Below are positions 25,701-39,500 of a stretch of 64,000 bases of DNA, piece by piece. The notes under the pieces were generated by a model. That model had not been told where the DNA came from. It did no database searches and saw nothing but the letters and a program-made list of their open reading frames with translations. Origin of the DNA: Dimorphilus gyrociliatus (Eukaryota > Animalia > Annelida); assembly GCA_904063045.1 (NCBI GenBank), contig CAJFCJ010000029.1:62001-126000 (forward strand). The letters are read 5' to 3'. The translations under genes were made by a program, and so were the position numbers. Numbering within the stretch: the first letter of the stretch is position 1; each line of letters starts with the position of its first letter.

Positions 25701-28700
25701 ACTTCCGGGTGCTTTTCCCACGCCCGCATTGATATTGAACCCAGAACCAAAGTATAAATCAATTGGTGTCGGATAACAATGTGCATCCAAAGGAAAATGC
25801 TTAATAACTTTAAAGGGTAGAATAATTAAAAGTAAATAAGTATTAGCAGAACAAAATGAACTTGAAATTGTGAATTTTAGCTGTAAATCATCAAATTTAA
25901 CAATTCCTCTTGGGTTGATTCCCTGTTCAAGAACTTTTTTATTATAAGAGATAGATTCAATTTGAACATCATAATTTGGATTCCACTTGTAGTCGGCTGA
26001 CAAAAAGGCCACTAATTTTAGATTAAACAATTTTTCTTTAGATAGATTTATAATTGAACCGGAAAATGTCATAGTCTTTTCAGTATTTTGCCAAACACGT
26101 AAATCGTCGGGTGAAAACTTTTGAAACATAACCTTTTCTTTACATTTGATAAACACGGGTGTAAGTAGCTTCTTTTTAGCATTTATAGAGCTAGACACTC
26201 TCTTTGATGCATCAAATACAAGTATACCATAGATATTATCGCACATGTCAAGGCTACTAGGAAAAGTTGCTGTTCCCATCATTTCGAAAGAAGATCCTTT
26301 CTTCAAACCTAATTGAAGTTCGGAACAGATGTCATTTTTTAATAATACGGATCCCGCTGTTGCTGTTGCTAATTTTGAAAGTAGAAAATTGACAAAAATT
26401 GGTTCAGAATAGTTGAAAGATAATGGAAATATTTCGCCAGATGTTGATAATTTAAATGAATATTTAATTTCTGACCTATCATAATCTATGTTTAGAACGT
26501 TAAAATCCGAAATTAATACTTCGTTTTCCAGCTCCTCTTGACATTCAATCATAAAATGTCTTTCATTATTCTCAGCTACAGCATCTAACATTCCCGGCAA
26601 TGTTAGTCGTACGGTTAGAACATTTTCGCTACTACCTCCACAACCACCAGTCAATAGTTCAAAGTATTCGGATATAACAAACGTTTTTTCTTCTCCAAAC
26701 TTCATGTTTATATTTGACACTATCTCTTTATTCGATAAAAGAGAATAGGATGATGATTGAGCAAATGATTTACGTGTGAAAATGTCAAGTTTCAAACTTG
26801 GAATAACACAATTTCCAGTATTCATACATGCAAACGAAAACTCTATATTAACTTGAGTACGATAGCTTTCGATAAGTTTAGCATTTTCCAAATCTAATTC
26901 AACTGAGAATAAAGAAATAATATCGTCTTCGCAAATGATATTAATTTCTTGATCCTCTTGGTTATCATCTTCATTTATCTCTGAAACTGTTTTATCACTA
27001 TCTAGAGTACCAATCGCGTAAACTCTTCCGCATAAACTTCTCGGTAGTTTTTCTAAAGAATAGTCGCCACCTAAATCAAATAGCACTGAGCCTGTGGATA
27101 AAGCTTGAGGATTAGAGATTTCCATCCATTTCCATGTAGATTGATCCATAATAGAGTTAATTTGAGAAATATGCAAAGTATTTTTAAACGAATTGATAGC
27201 TAGATTAGCAGCCGACGCTAGACTTGCGTGACCGTTCCATTTAACATTTATCTGATCATTCTTATTTAAATAATTTGGAATGATTAGTTTGTCAATCAGT
27301 AAATTTACATTAGAGTTGGATGGTGTGCAAACTTTGATCGATTCTGGTATTCTTATGACTTGTTCGTTGTTATTAGGATTGTCAATTGATACTATTGTTG
27401 TTAGTTTTATTTTTAACTGAGTTGTGTAAGTACATATATTTTCTTGCCATTCATCAGGAGTAATTTCTACTATAACAGGATTAAGAACTCTCGTCGATAA
27501 ATGTGGAAATTTTTCGACGTTAACAGGAGGATAGTGTACAAATGTAGAGATAACTTTGTTAAATAATGCAGTCTCATTGAAAGCTATCACTTCTAAACGG
27601 TATGGATTGCTGCTTTCAAGAAGCATTTCATCGTTTACATTTTCAATAGCAATAGATAGCTTCAAAGTGGAAACTTCCCCGACTATCAATGTTCCGTCCA
27701 GAAGAGACGCTGAAGTTAGTCTTAGATAATCTTGTAAGAAAAAGGAATCATTATTAATAGATACGCTTTTCTATTGATATGAATGTTCAAAATTTACCTT
27801 GATTTGGTAAGGATAAGCTAATTTTTGAAACTGCAATATTATTCCCTTCATTAGTTTCCGCAATATCGTTATCAGCGTCAATTTTTGCAATGATATAAAC
27901 ATCTCCAGCGTATTTAACATCAGTATCGAATGGTATGGTTATCTGAGAGCCCTTTATGATAATAGTGTGTTCTCCAGGGCCATAATACTTTTGTAATTCA
28001 GCTAGAGCTTTTCCTTTGTTAAATCCATTGAAATTTAATAGCGTATCGCTACCATCAAGAATATTGTCAACCGATAAATACAAATTTGTTTTAGTTACTA
28101 TGGAACTGATGTTGGATGATTCAGGAACAGAAATTAACATAATCATTCCTATGTCTTGGGGTTTATCAGCGACAAGTAATCTTCCGTAGGTTTCCACCTT
28201 AAGAGCTTCAAGATCAACATTTGAATTAAAGCAACTAACAGTCGTTTTTCCATTTTGGCAAAATATATCGTTATTGGCGTTATTATCAGGAGAGAAACTA
28301 TGCTGAATACAAATTAAATACGTTGACGATGAGCATATTTCTTGCGTCAAAGATATTTCGAATAGTCCCGATAACTCAACACTCTGCTTGTCCGCAATGG
28401 GAGAGCGTAACTTTAATTTAGAAGCGGTTGTCCACGTGAATTCGTCGCTTGTAATTAAAATTCTTGAATCATCTCTAATAGATACTATGAACCTAACGGA
28501 ATCTGGCTGATAAGGCTCGGGTGCTGGTAAATCTATTCCTTTTACATCAAATGTCATATTTACGCCAACTGGTCCTTTTTCACTTTCGTATAATTTCTTT
28601 TTTTCAATTGAAACTGATTGAATACCAATATTAATACCACATCGAGTACTAATATTCCATTCTGTATAAATATCAACACATTTCATATTATCTTCATCCG

Positions 28701-31700
28701 TATCTCCAGCCAAATTAGTTTTAAGTGATAAGCAAATGTATCTTTTCCCTTCACAAACAGGATTCCAAAAAGTAAATTTTACTTTTGCATTACGAATAAC
28801 TCTGAGAGATGATTTAGGCCATGTTCCATTCAAATTTGCCTGAAAAATTTCAGTATTGTTCGGTATCTAGAAAAGAGAAAGAATTAATTTTAATAAAGAA
28901 TAATAATACAATAATTTTATAGGCTTACCAAAGGACTAGCGTCTATAATAGCTGGATTAATGGCTGATGTATTTACGTTATTTGCCAAAGTAAGAGTATA
29001 AGTTACTTCAACATCTTTGTCTGAATTTTCCAAACTTAGAGCGTCCAAATCGAAGGAAAGTTCATTGTTTGTAGGAAAAAGTGACCCTTTTATACGTAGA
29101 TCGGTAAGAACAATACCTGCTTGAGCGTCACAAATCATTTTAACACGTTTCCATAATATATTGTTCATGGTTGAAGTTTCAGTGACGCCATCATCGCTGT
29201 TTATTCGTACTCCCAACCAGAGTTTATCTTTTCCGCAAAAAGCATCGGGTGTAGAGATTGTAAAACTATCAATAATTTCTTGGTTGAGGTCGGGAAAGCT
29301 ATATGTTTTTGTTTGGTCGATTAGAACTCTTCTCTTATCAGTTGTTTTTTCATCAGTGATAAACAAGTTATACTTAAAAGATGCTGGACTAGAAACAGAC
29401 TTTGCTTTAATGATATCAAACATAATTTTGATTGAAGTAGTGGCAGATGATAAAAACTGATTTTGGTAAGGTTTATCGTCAATTATAATTAATTTTGGTA
29501 TCAAATCTAGACCAGTAGGACATCCAGTTATCTCAATATCATCTATTTCTTTCACATTATTTGAAGGATCAGCATCAGTAAAGGGCGTAACAATAGTAAT
29601 TTTAATTTTATTTCCTGTACCGCAAAATTGCAGATGATTTAAAGTGGTAAGTTTAAATTTACTCGTAAGAGATATTGATATGGATTTTAGATTATTCAAA
29701 TCAAAATAAATAGGAATGTTTATCTTTCCATCTGAATTTTCAAACGTTAAAATTGGTTGAAATGACCAATTCCAATCAATATCGGATTTACCAAGATTAG
29801 CTTTTAAATCAAGATTAAAAGTTTGTAAATCATTTAAGTTAAATTGAGTTTTATCAAGCGCAAATTTGGTTATTTCAAAATCAATTCCATTATTTCCCAT
29901 ACAATTGAAATAGTAAGTGTAAAAGTTATCTATTTCTTCGCATTCAGTTCCAATTGTATCTTTTACGCCAACCAATATAGCATCATACCCAACAGAACAT
30001 ATATCAATTGGAATTTTCACATATGTTTTAACAGTTGTAAATGTCTTATCTGTATTTGAATTATGAGCAGCTTTTCGGAGGTCTTTTTCACTTCCGCTAT
30101 AAGTCCAATCATCCGGAGTAATATCTAGTCGATTTTCATTCTTCATATGAGAAGACTTTTGAAGATAGACTTTAAATTTAAAATTAGTATTCATGCCCGA
30201 TACAGCAGCTATATTACTTCCGATATTTCTTACAACACCTCCAAAGGTTAACATTGTATTTATGTTTGAGAATAGATCTTTTGGTAAATTGAAATTGTTT
30301 ATCCTAAACACGTATTTGTCTATTGAAAAATGAAATAATTATCATAGAAAATAGATGGTTAAATAAATAAATATCTTACTATTTTCACTACATTGTATTA
30401 AGATTGAAAAGGATGCAATATTGTCTACTTTGTTTTTGTCGTCTATCGCATTATTAGGATCTATTTGAACGATTATATATTTATAACCGCAATAATGATT
30501 CCAAGTATCGTTGTTGATAGACAATTCTAAAGGTCCTTTTATATCTCCATTTCCCTGTTTTACTTGACTTCCAACCACAAAATTTAATTTTTTGTCATTT
30601 TCCTTATCAATTTTATTATCTTTAGCCAAATAAACATCAAAATCTTCATAAGTTGATCCGTCAATACCCTTTTTTGTTTTGGTTGTAATGACTTTAATTA
30701 AATTAATATTAATAATAAAACAAAATATTTACCGAAATTGTCAATTCAATATTTCCTGCCAGTTGATTTGATGGATTTAATGCAATCGAGTTTGAATCAA
30801 TTACAACAGAGATACCAGTTTCTTCTGAAGGATAGGAAGAGAAGAAATATTTAAGGAACATGGATAGCTATGAAAATATAGTTTATATATTACCTTTCGA
30901 ACAGGTGATTCCGGTAATTAAAGCTCTATTGTTATCAGTACTTGTATCAGAGAAACCGACTGGAACTCCCAATCCAGTCAATACTTTAACAGTAATATTA
31001 CTAAAGATGGATAAGTAATTATTATTATTATTGAACTTTTTGTTATAAAACTAATTAACCTGTTGATTTGAGCACAAAAAGCATCATCTATATCCAATGT
31101 TGCTTTAACTGTTATTTTAGCAGTATCTCCAAATTTCAGACCTGATTTAGCATTATTTGATATGAAAATAGATTCTGGAGTTTCACCTTCTATTTCAAAT
31201 GTAAACGGGTAATCTAGACTTTGAGGAATATCTCTACCCAAGAAATCAATATTGGTAACTTCAATCATAAACTCCAAATGCCTCTTTGAACCAGAATAAA
31301 CTTGAGTTGTTATCTTATCAGCATTGATCTTAATTATGTCACCAATACAAGAGACTGCTACATCTTTTACCAAATAATTATTACTTATATACGGATCTTG
31401 AGGAGAGTTTTCCGATAATAAATTCTCGATTATTTTACTACTAGATGGAGTTATTGGTTTATTCTTTTCGTCAAAAACAGCAACAATAATAGAATTTAAA
31501 CCGCAATACGTCCTCACATCACTAGAATTAACCATCAAATCAATTGTTGTAATTTCTGCCGAGTTATTTGTTACATCATTCTTTAACTCTTTATTAGATG
31601 GAGAATAGGCTGAAATAATTGATTGAATAGTAAAACAAAGGGAAAGAGTTGGTTGTCCTAAAAGTAAATATAATAAATCAACTTACGAATTTCATAAGCT

Positions 31701-34700
31701 AATTTGCGAGTTTCTTTGAAACTCTTCTTTGGACTAATAAAGAGTTTATAGTAGAAATTATTGGTAACATTATGAAGAAAGGGTGAAAAAGTTCCATTAT
31801 TCGTTTTTGTTGCAGAAACAGTCATAGTGAATTTTTGTGTTGTATCCAAGTCTAAGATATTCGTAACGTAATCATAATTGGTTAGAAAATTAAATTTTTC
31901 CAATTTAAGGTCAAGGTATTCTAGAAAGGAAGAAAGAAACAATATAGATTTAATAAGATACGCTATATTTTACAAATATTTTCGAGGTATTACCATCGTT
32001 ACATTGGAAATTTAATGCTAATGAATATTCAATGGAATAAGTTTTATAGCCAAGCATTAAAAGGAATTTTGCTGGACGGAGCGTCATACGTAATTTATTA
32101 ATTTTTCCAATAAATTTCAAACAAGTATCACGTTTTAATTTTCCAGTATAGCTCGATACCGAAACAAGTAGAATTTGTTTGTTATTCAAAACCGTAAATT
32201 GAGCATTTTTATATTCATTCAAAAACAAAGTCTCTAAAGGATAACTAGACTCTGAATTGAATAATTCTATATCAATAAACCAATTCTTTTCAGTTGATGT
32301 CATTACTTTTTGTAATTCTTTTATTTCCTGAAAGAGAAATTATTATCAAATATCAATGTATTATCTTCCATGACAACGAAATACGGATGAATAAATGTAT
32401 AGAGATACATACCGTATGCTTTATTTGGAAATTTATAAGAAATGTATAATTAAAGTATTGTTGCAATTTCTTCTCATAAAATACAGAATTTAAAGTAGGT
32501 TTTACTGTAATTTTATTAGGATATTATAGTAAAAGTGTAAAATGAATTATTTAAGTAAAACTTACGTCCAAATTCGCATTTCATATCCATTTCAACTTTA
32601 TCTACAGATTTCAATATAAATGAATCTTTTAGATCAATTAATTTCATTTCAATTTCAACTTTAGTATCTTCATTTGGTACTATTTCATCGCAAATTACTT
32701 TTGTCAAGCGGTTATTCGGTATTGCTAATCTTACATTTATCTTTTTCGTTTCTCCAGCATTTAGGCCATTCTTAAATATATCAGAATTTTTAATATCAAT
32801 AGAGATACGAGAATGAATTGAGAATAATTTTAATTGTAGTTTTGTTTCACTTGTAGGATTGTATGGTTGGTTATAATGATTTGTAACTTCAATATCAGTT
32901 ATCCAATTATAAGAGGATAGCGGAAATAGTTGAGAAGATTGAAATGTCTTTTTATCAAGGAATTTAATAGAAACTGTTAAGAAAAAAAAACAATAGAAAG
33001 TTATTTTTTTTTAAAAAAAACAAAAAATACTTTTTATAAAAACTTACTAGATTTTGAAAAACTTGCGCTAGCACAATTCAAATTCTTTATTTCCGTTAGT
33101 GAAGTTGAACTTAGTACATTATTCAATTCGTTAGTTTCCATAAAAGTATGATAACTGTCTATCAACGCTATAATATAATAGGTTTTACCGCAAAATTTTC
33201 TTATCTTTGATTCTTTTGGAAATTTAAAATAGTCAAATATATTAATTGTTTTTGTTGAACCGCTCGACACGGCTTCCGCTAATTTCTTACGATTACAAAC
33301 ATGAAAATTAGTAATTAATTGAATATCTTCGTCGTCGTACAATGTATCTTCTGATAGATATAGATTCAATCCGTATTGTGGATTATTCGTTTGGGTTACT
33401 TCAAAATCTCCAAATGTTTGAATGGTATAATCAATTGTGAAATAGTTGAATTCGTTTAGCGTTGTAGATTTAACGGTAAAAGAATTAATATTAAAATCAA
33501 TGGAATCGCTGTTGTAGCACTTAAGTGTTACTGGAATAACCATATAATTGTTGGAAAGGTACGAATCGTCGGGTGTCAATTTCATCATAAGGTAGTAGCG
33601 TTCTTTTGTGCAAAGAGATGGATCTATAGTTACTTGTGCAGACAAATCTACAGTTACTGGTCCGTTTGTTAAGCCAGTTTTTATTCCTTTTCCGGTAACG
33701 GATTTAAGACTGGTTATAGTTAAAAGGTCAGTTGTACTTGATCTAAATTTATCATTAGAGCTTAGAAAGAGATTAACGTTAAAATTGTTGTTCGATTCAG
33801 TTTTAGAGCTACAGTCAACGCTCGTACAAGAAACAATAGCTTTAAAATGAATAGTAGAGCTTCTATCATTAACCAAAATGGACGGTGAGAGGACATTAAA
33901 TTGTTGTAGAGCTAAATCATCCCCAGAACCACAAAGTAAAGTTACTAAAATTGATTTAACGTTGTTAGTCTCATCTATTTCAGCAATTTTATTATTGCTA
34001 TCAACTTTGAGAATCGAATAAATTTTACCACAATAAAGTTGATGAAGGGGACTTGGAACGTTGCCTGTTGTTGTTATGGACCCTGAAACTGATACTGAAA
34101 ATGTCAAGGGAACTAAATAATCTGTTTCATCGAGTTTATCATCAATTGACCAATATAGGCTTACTCCAATTGTATTTGCATCTACATTTGTCGAAGTTAG
34201 ACTTGTAGCCGACAGGGGGAGCGGACTGTCAACATTTATTCGATTATTTGTTATAGAAAAGGCCTGCAAAGCGACATCTGTATCGTCAGTTAAAGTTTTT
34301 AAATCCCAAACTTTATAATTATTATGCATAACAGTTTCTGAATCCGAAGATCTTAATAGAACCAATAAATAATTATAGGCCAACTGAATATTAACGGTAA
34401 ATTTAACTTTAAAACGATACTTTTCCAAGCCAGGAAAATCTTCTAATGGATCAATAGATGTTAAAAATTCAATAGAACTTGGATTTTCCGTTAAATCTAC
34501 ACTAGTTTCCTCGTGTAAACTCTTGGAATTTTGCAGGAGAAGCTTAATTTTCCAATGCTGTTGACCTCTGAGCTTGTTCTCAGTATTAATATGAACAAAT
34601 TCTATATCCATTTTAAGATCGTAATTAGTTTGACGTTTTAAGGAAATGGTTGGAGAAGAGATTTCGTAGAATTCAGCCTTATTCAATTTAATTTCGTCCT

Positions 34701-36473
34701 GAGGACATAAAGTAATAACTTTTATCGCCTTTACATCAATTAACTCCTTTTCTCGTCGTTCAGATTTAATTATTAGATAAGATACTCCGCACAACTGTGG
34801 TTTGAGCAGAGCTACGTTTGGTATGAAATAATCTGGTCCGGATAGATCTATTATCGTTGAACTCGAATAGGTCTGTTTCAATTTTTCAAAACTGATTGGT
34901 TCCTTAGTTAAAATTACATCGAGTTCTTCTTCAATTATTTCGTTCTCTGATAAAAATAAATTGACGTAGGGACCTTGCGCATTTCCAACTCCCCCGCCAA
35001 GTTTTAGATCGATTGAAAGTTCTAAAAAGTTGTACGCTCCGGTTTGAATATAACCGGAAGGAACGCCAAACTTATGAATATTCGATAGAACGTAGTTGTT
35101 TGAGCATTTCTTATAGGAATTTATATCAATGCAATTCTCGTCTTGATCATTTATTTTAGCGCAAAAGTAGCTGAAGGAGCTGCATTTTGCGACAGGAACT
35201 ATAAAGTTAGTTTCACCTTCAAGAATAATTGACGATAGAGGTTGTAAACTTGCGTGAAATTTTTCTAACGACGCCTTATTAAATTGAATAAAAGGCGCGT
35301 TTAAAGCCAAAGTATTACTTGAAAGAGAACTAGAATCGGATAGTTCAATTTTCAAATTAAAATTGCTATCTGTTTCACTAATATTTAAAACAGGAGCATA
35401 TTTAATAGCAATAGTGAATGTAGCTAGATTCGGTATATCCTGATAGATATCATCCCCTTTAAATCTAACAACAAATGTAGAAATATTTGACGCTGTAAGA
35501 GAAAGTAAAAAAAGAAATAAATAAGCTAGTTGCACAGAGACAAACTCTTTAATGAATTATTCATAAGAGAAAAAAACTATTGATGGATATTTCCCCCTTA
35601 ACCATTAATTTCCATATATCTTTTCTTTTACAATTGATAAATATTATGAACTATAGCAATCTACATAATCTAAATTTATATATAATCTTACTTGAACCTA
35701 TAAGTCGATTGTTAAAATTCAATTTTCAATAATGAAAATAATTAATAATTAACTTAAGAATATTTAATAATAAACAATATTGAAAAGGACAAATTTTTTG
35801 TTCAAAATCTAATATTATATTCACGGCAAATCATAAATATTTTAAGTAAAAGAACAAAAAATGACTGACTGCAATAAAAAGTATATAAAGAATCGAAAAT
35901 TTTGATCACTTTTTATTAATTAGTTGTTGTGAAATACTCTCTTTTAATATTAAACTGTTTCTAAAGCAGAAAATATCAAAACTACAAAATCAATAGTTTT
36001 CCACGCGTTTCTCCTTTGATAACTTTATAATAAAATTTATATATACTGCATATAAACAGTATATACACACACACACACATATATATATATAAAGAAATGA
36101 ACATTACTCAACATTAAATAAATATTTAAAAACAGATTCATCTTGGAAAGTATTATCAAAATTTTTTTTACTTTTTTGTTTTTTTAAAAAAAAAATAAAA
36201 AAGAAATTTCATTTAAAGAAGATAAATGAATGTAAATTTATTAGATTAATATTCTGATTTTCTCTCAAATTTTCGTTTGAATAGAGAAAGCAATTCAATT
36301 TTTTTGGTTAAAAGTAACTTTTGTAATTGAATTGTTAAGTTTATTAAAGATTTTAATATATAAATGGGAAATAGTATTAAATTTGAATAAAGTATATATG
36401 AAATTTTCTTACCTTTAACGAAATACGATGAAAAAATTGTAATTAAATTGCAAGAAACCCAAAAGAGAAGCAT
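13797..36473 (-). CDS. Giant type-I membrane protein A (~6,900 aa est.): signal peptide, ~30 CARDB-like repeats, EGF, TSP1, EGF, NIDO, AMOP, VWD, ~20 Ca-EGF, TSP1, Cys-rich juxtamembrane domain, TM, cytoplasmic tail (MUC4/SUSD2/Mesh-like)
   Basis: Exon 1 at 36473-36413 (MLLFWVSCNLITIFSSYFVK) splices in phase 1 to 35492. I traced 35492-33048, 32973-32566, ~32504-32413 and 32327 onward in phase. Further small exons link the ORFs to the ~12 kb exon (ends 15481); last exon 15411-13797. NIDO: LAPFWSD, VTW, NTFQVILATD. AMOP: CP..CCY. TSP1: WSxWSxC. TM: VVALAVFFSLVAAFTLVVTLIYLL. Not every internal junction was checked. Confidence 0.85.
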
Positions 36474-36483
36474 AATTCAAGTT

Positions 36484-36492
36484 AAAATGGCG
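36484..36492. promoter_or_regulatory. YY1-like AAAATGGCG within the 117-bp bidirectional promoter of the giant pair
   Basis: Match to the YY1 core consensus; motif inference only. Confidence 0.4.
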
Positions 36493-36590
36493 ATTGTACC
36501 ATTTACAGACAGCATGAATAAGTTAAGGCTCTAGCAACGACGTATGGGCGCTCTCTATATTGTGAAAATTATTCAGCCATTCAAGCCATC

Positions 36591-39500
36591 ATGATTCGAT
36601 GGAGAATGGAGTCTTGTTTTATCATATTTTGCTGCTTACACCTAGTTTTTGGTGTTCCAGGTTTGATTGTCTAATAAATTGATAAAGTAAAAATCTATTA
36701 AACATATTTCTATCAACTTTTAGATGTGAAACTTGTAGATTTTACTTATGAACTACAATCTGCAAAAATTTATCAAGATATTCAAACGGTTTTTACAATA
36801 AGTAATGCAGTCATTAAGAACTTTAATCCTGATCATGCCGGAGATGAAGGGACGACTAATTATGTACCTGTTTTTTACGTAACCGATACTGATTTGTCCG
36901 CTGGAGTGCCAGATACTTTGTCATTATCGGGAAATTTGGAAACTAACGACGCTACAAAGACACTGTTAAAGACAAAGCTACGTTTTGAAGGCCAAATAAG
37001 TTTTGGTGGATCACTTACGCTAACAGTGCCTTCTGTAAAATGTTCAAGTGTTAGATACATATGCCTGGACATAGGTAAACAGGCGACAATTGTTGGAGAT
37101 GTCAATGAAAATGATGACAAAATTTGTAAAGATATATCAAGCTTGATTCAGTGCAATGACGGTAAATAATAAAAACAAAAAAAGACTAATCATAGCTATT
37201 GATAAATAATTAAAGCATTTTTTTTACATTCCTTTTACAGACACGGTTGAATTGTCTACCTTTTATTTAAAAACTAATACTGAAACCATAGCTGAAAATT
37301 CCTTTGCTGCTGCCGATATTATCCTCGATATACAGCTAAGAGGTTCAAAGTTCATCTATACTCATAATATATCGTTATGGGTATCATTAGGTTCGTGGGA
37401 TAGTTTAACTACTGGAAATGAAATACCAGTTGGTAAGGTTAATTTAAAAAGTGAAAAATTAGCAAGTTCGACGAAATACGAGATAACGGCAAAAAGTATC
37501 GATATTCCATCGTTAAGTTCTACACCATCAACTAGAAAGTTTTGCGGATATAGTTTATTACTATTAAAAATAGATAAGGAACAATTTGTGGACGAAACGG
37601 ATGAAACAAACAATGTCGAATCAACGACAATTTATATTTTATGTAATGGAGGTAATTTCAATTCAACCTACGCAATATTTTTTTTTCTTAAAATTAATTA
37701 ATTATGAATAAATCGTCACAACAATATTGACTGTCGATAGAAACGATATACATAATTTACTTTTATCTTATTAATAATCATCTTTATTAAAGTCAAATAT
37801 TTTTTGTCCTAGATTTTTCTTATTTATCCTTTGTTTTTATTTATGTTTACTCTTTTATAGATAAGTTGGCCGTCACTGATTTCAAGACCAGCTATGGCTC
37901 TTTACAAAACAAGCTATACTCTAATTCCGATATGCCTATTTGGGTTACGGTAACCGTTCATAATGTTGATGTTGAAGATGTTATATGGCACGGTGGAAGA
38001 GCCCATTTTAATTTAGAACTATACGCACACAATTCAAATAATTTACTGACTGGTACGCCTGTTCTAGTTAGTCAAGAAGGCGTTTATTATGAAAAATCTC
38101 CAACTGAAGCTCTGTTTCCCGCCTATGGAATTGTATTAAGAAATACAAAATTTCATCTAGATTCAACTAAATTCACAACAGGAGCTTTTACTCATTTAAT
38201 TATTAAAGCAACTTCTGATCCACTTTTTAACTTTGTTGATGATATTGTGGAAAATGACTTTGCTGCTGTAACAATTGATCAGGGGGATGATTCCGCTAAG
38301 GACCTTAAACTCATTAATTTCAAAATGAGGCAAACCGAAATAGTTGCCGACGGATCCGTTGTTCCCGAAACCAAACTATCACCAGCAGATGATTCGCCAA
38401 TAGCAGGCGATTCACTATCTTTTGCAGGGACTTTAGAATTTACGGGCGTTACCACTAACAGTATTAAAATGAAACTTTACTATTCAACCGATGGTCATTT
38501 TGATGCAAATGCTGATTCAGATTCTGGTATTCAATTAGAATTAGACGCTGCTAAAAGTTTAATAAAAGCAACCGAAGGACAAGCAGCTTTAGCGGCACCT
38601 TCCGAAAAGAAATTTTGCGGTTTCATTTATGGTATAGTTTTCGTGGAATCTGACTCGTCCATAGACAGAAATATGAATAATAATTGGGTTGCTAATCCAA
38701 TAGTATTAAAGTGTCATTCAACTGATACTATTGGATTAACGGAATTAGAAATACTTCCGACTTTAACTTCTAAACAACCAAAACTATGGCCAACTGACGA
38801 AGGAGTTCCAATATCATTTAGGATTAGAGTAACTTGCAATGTCGCTGATTGTTCAGCTTTTACTTCTTCGCAGAAAAACTTCCAATTAGAATTGTACTTA
38901 GACCAGGGTGATAAGGTTATTGGTAATGCTGAGCACCTTTTGAGTGTAGTTAATAATACTGTTGTTGAACATATATCTGGAAATGGGCTAGAATCTGCAT
39001 TAACTGAGAGGGCTGTCGATTTGGATATTACAGCCAACTTTAAGATATCGAATGTTTCTTGTAAAAGTCAAATGTATTTGGGAGTTCAGCTACTCAAAGC
39101 TGATGGAAATCCGGATGATTATGCGGATAACGATTACATAATAACATCCTTTCCTACTATTGATTGCAATGCTGTCCAGATGGATTTGAACCCCACTCTT
39201 ACTAAATTGACGTCAATAACACCTGGAAAACTGCATAATTTTGATTTAAAAGTGACGCTAACTGGTGAACTACCTCTTTCAATTATTCCCAAATTTCGAT
39301 TTAAGATAATACTGTCTAAAGATAAAGTTTATGATGATGACAGAGACATAGTAGTCAAATACAGAATGACGGAATGCCAATCAAATATCCTAAAGCAATC
39401 CTTCGCCTCAGGTTCCGTAATCGATTTATCTGATCCTGTTGGATTTAAATTCGATAAGAACGTTGCACATTATTTTTGTGATAATTTGAATAAACTCTAC

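Noticed and set aside
33034-35535. ORF-track N-terminus MQLAYLFLFLLSLTAS as the signal peptide of gene A
   Set aside because: It starts at GTG and is the polypyrimidine tract/acceptor (tttctcttacAG at 35493). A proper ATG signal-peptide exon exists at 36473-36413.
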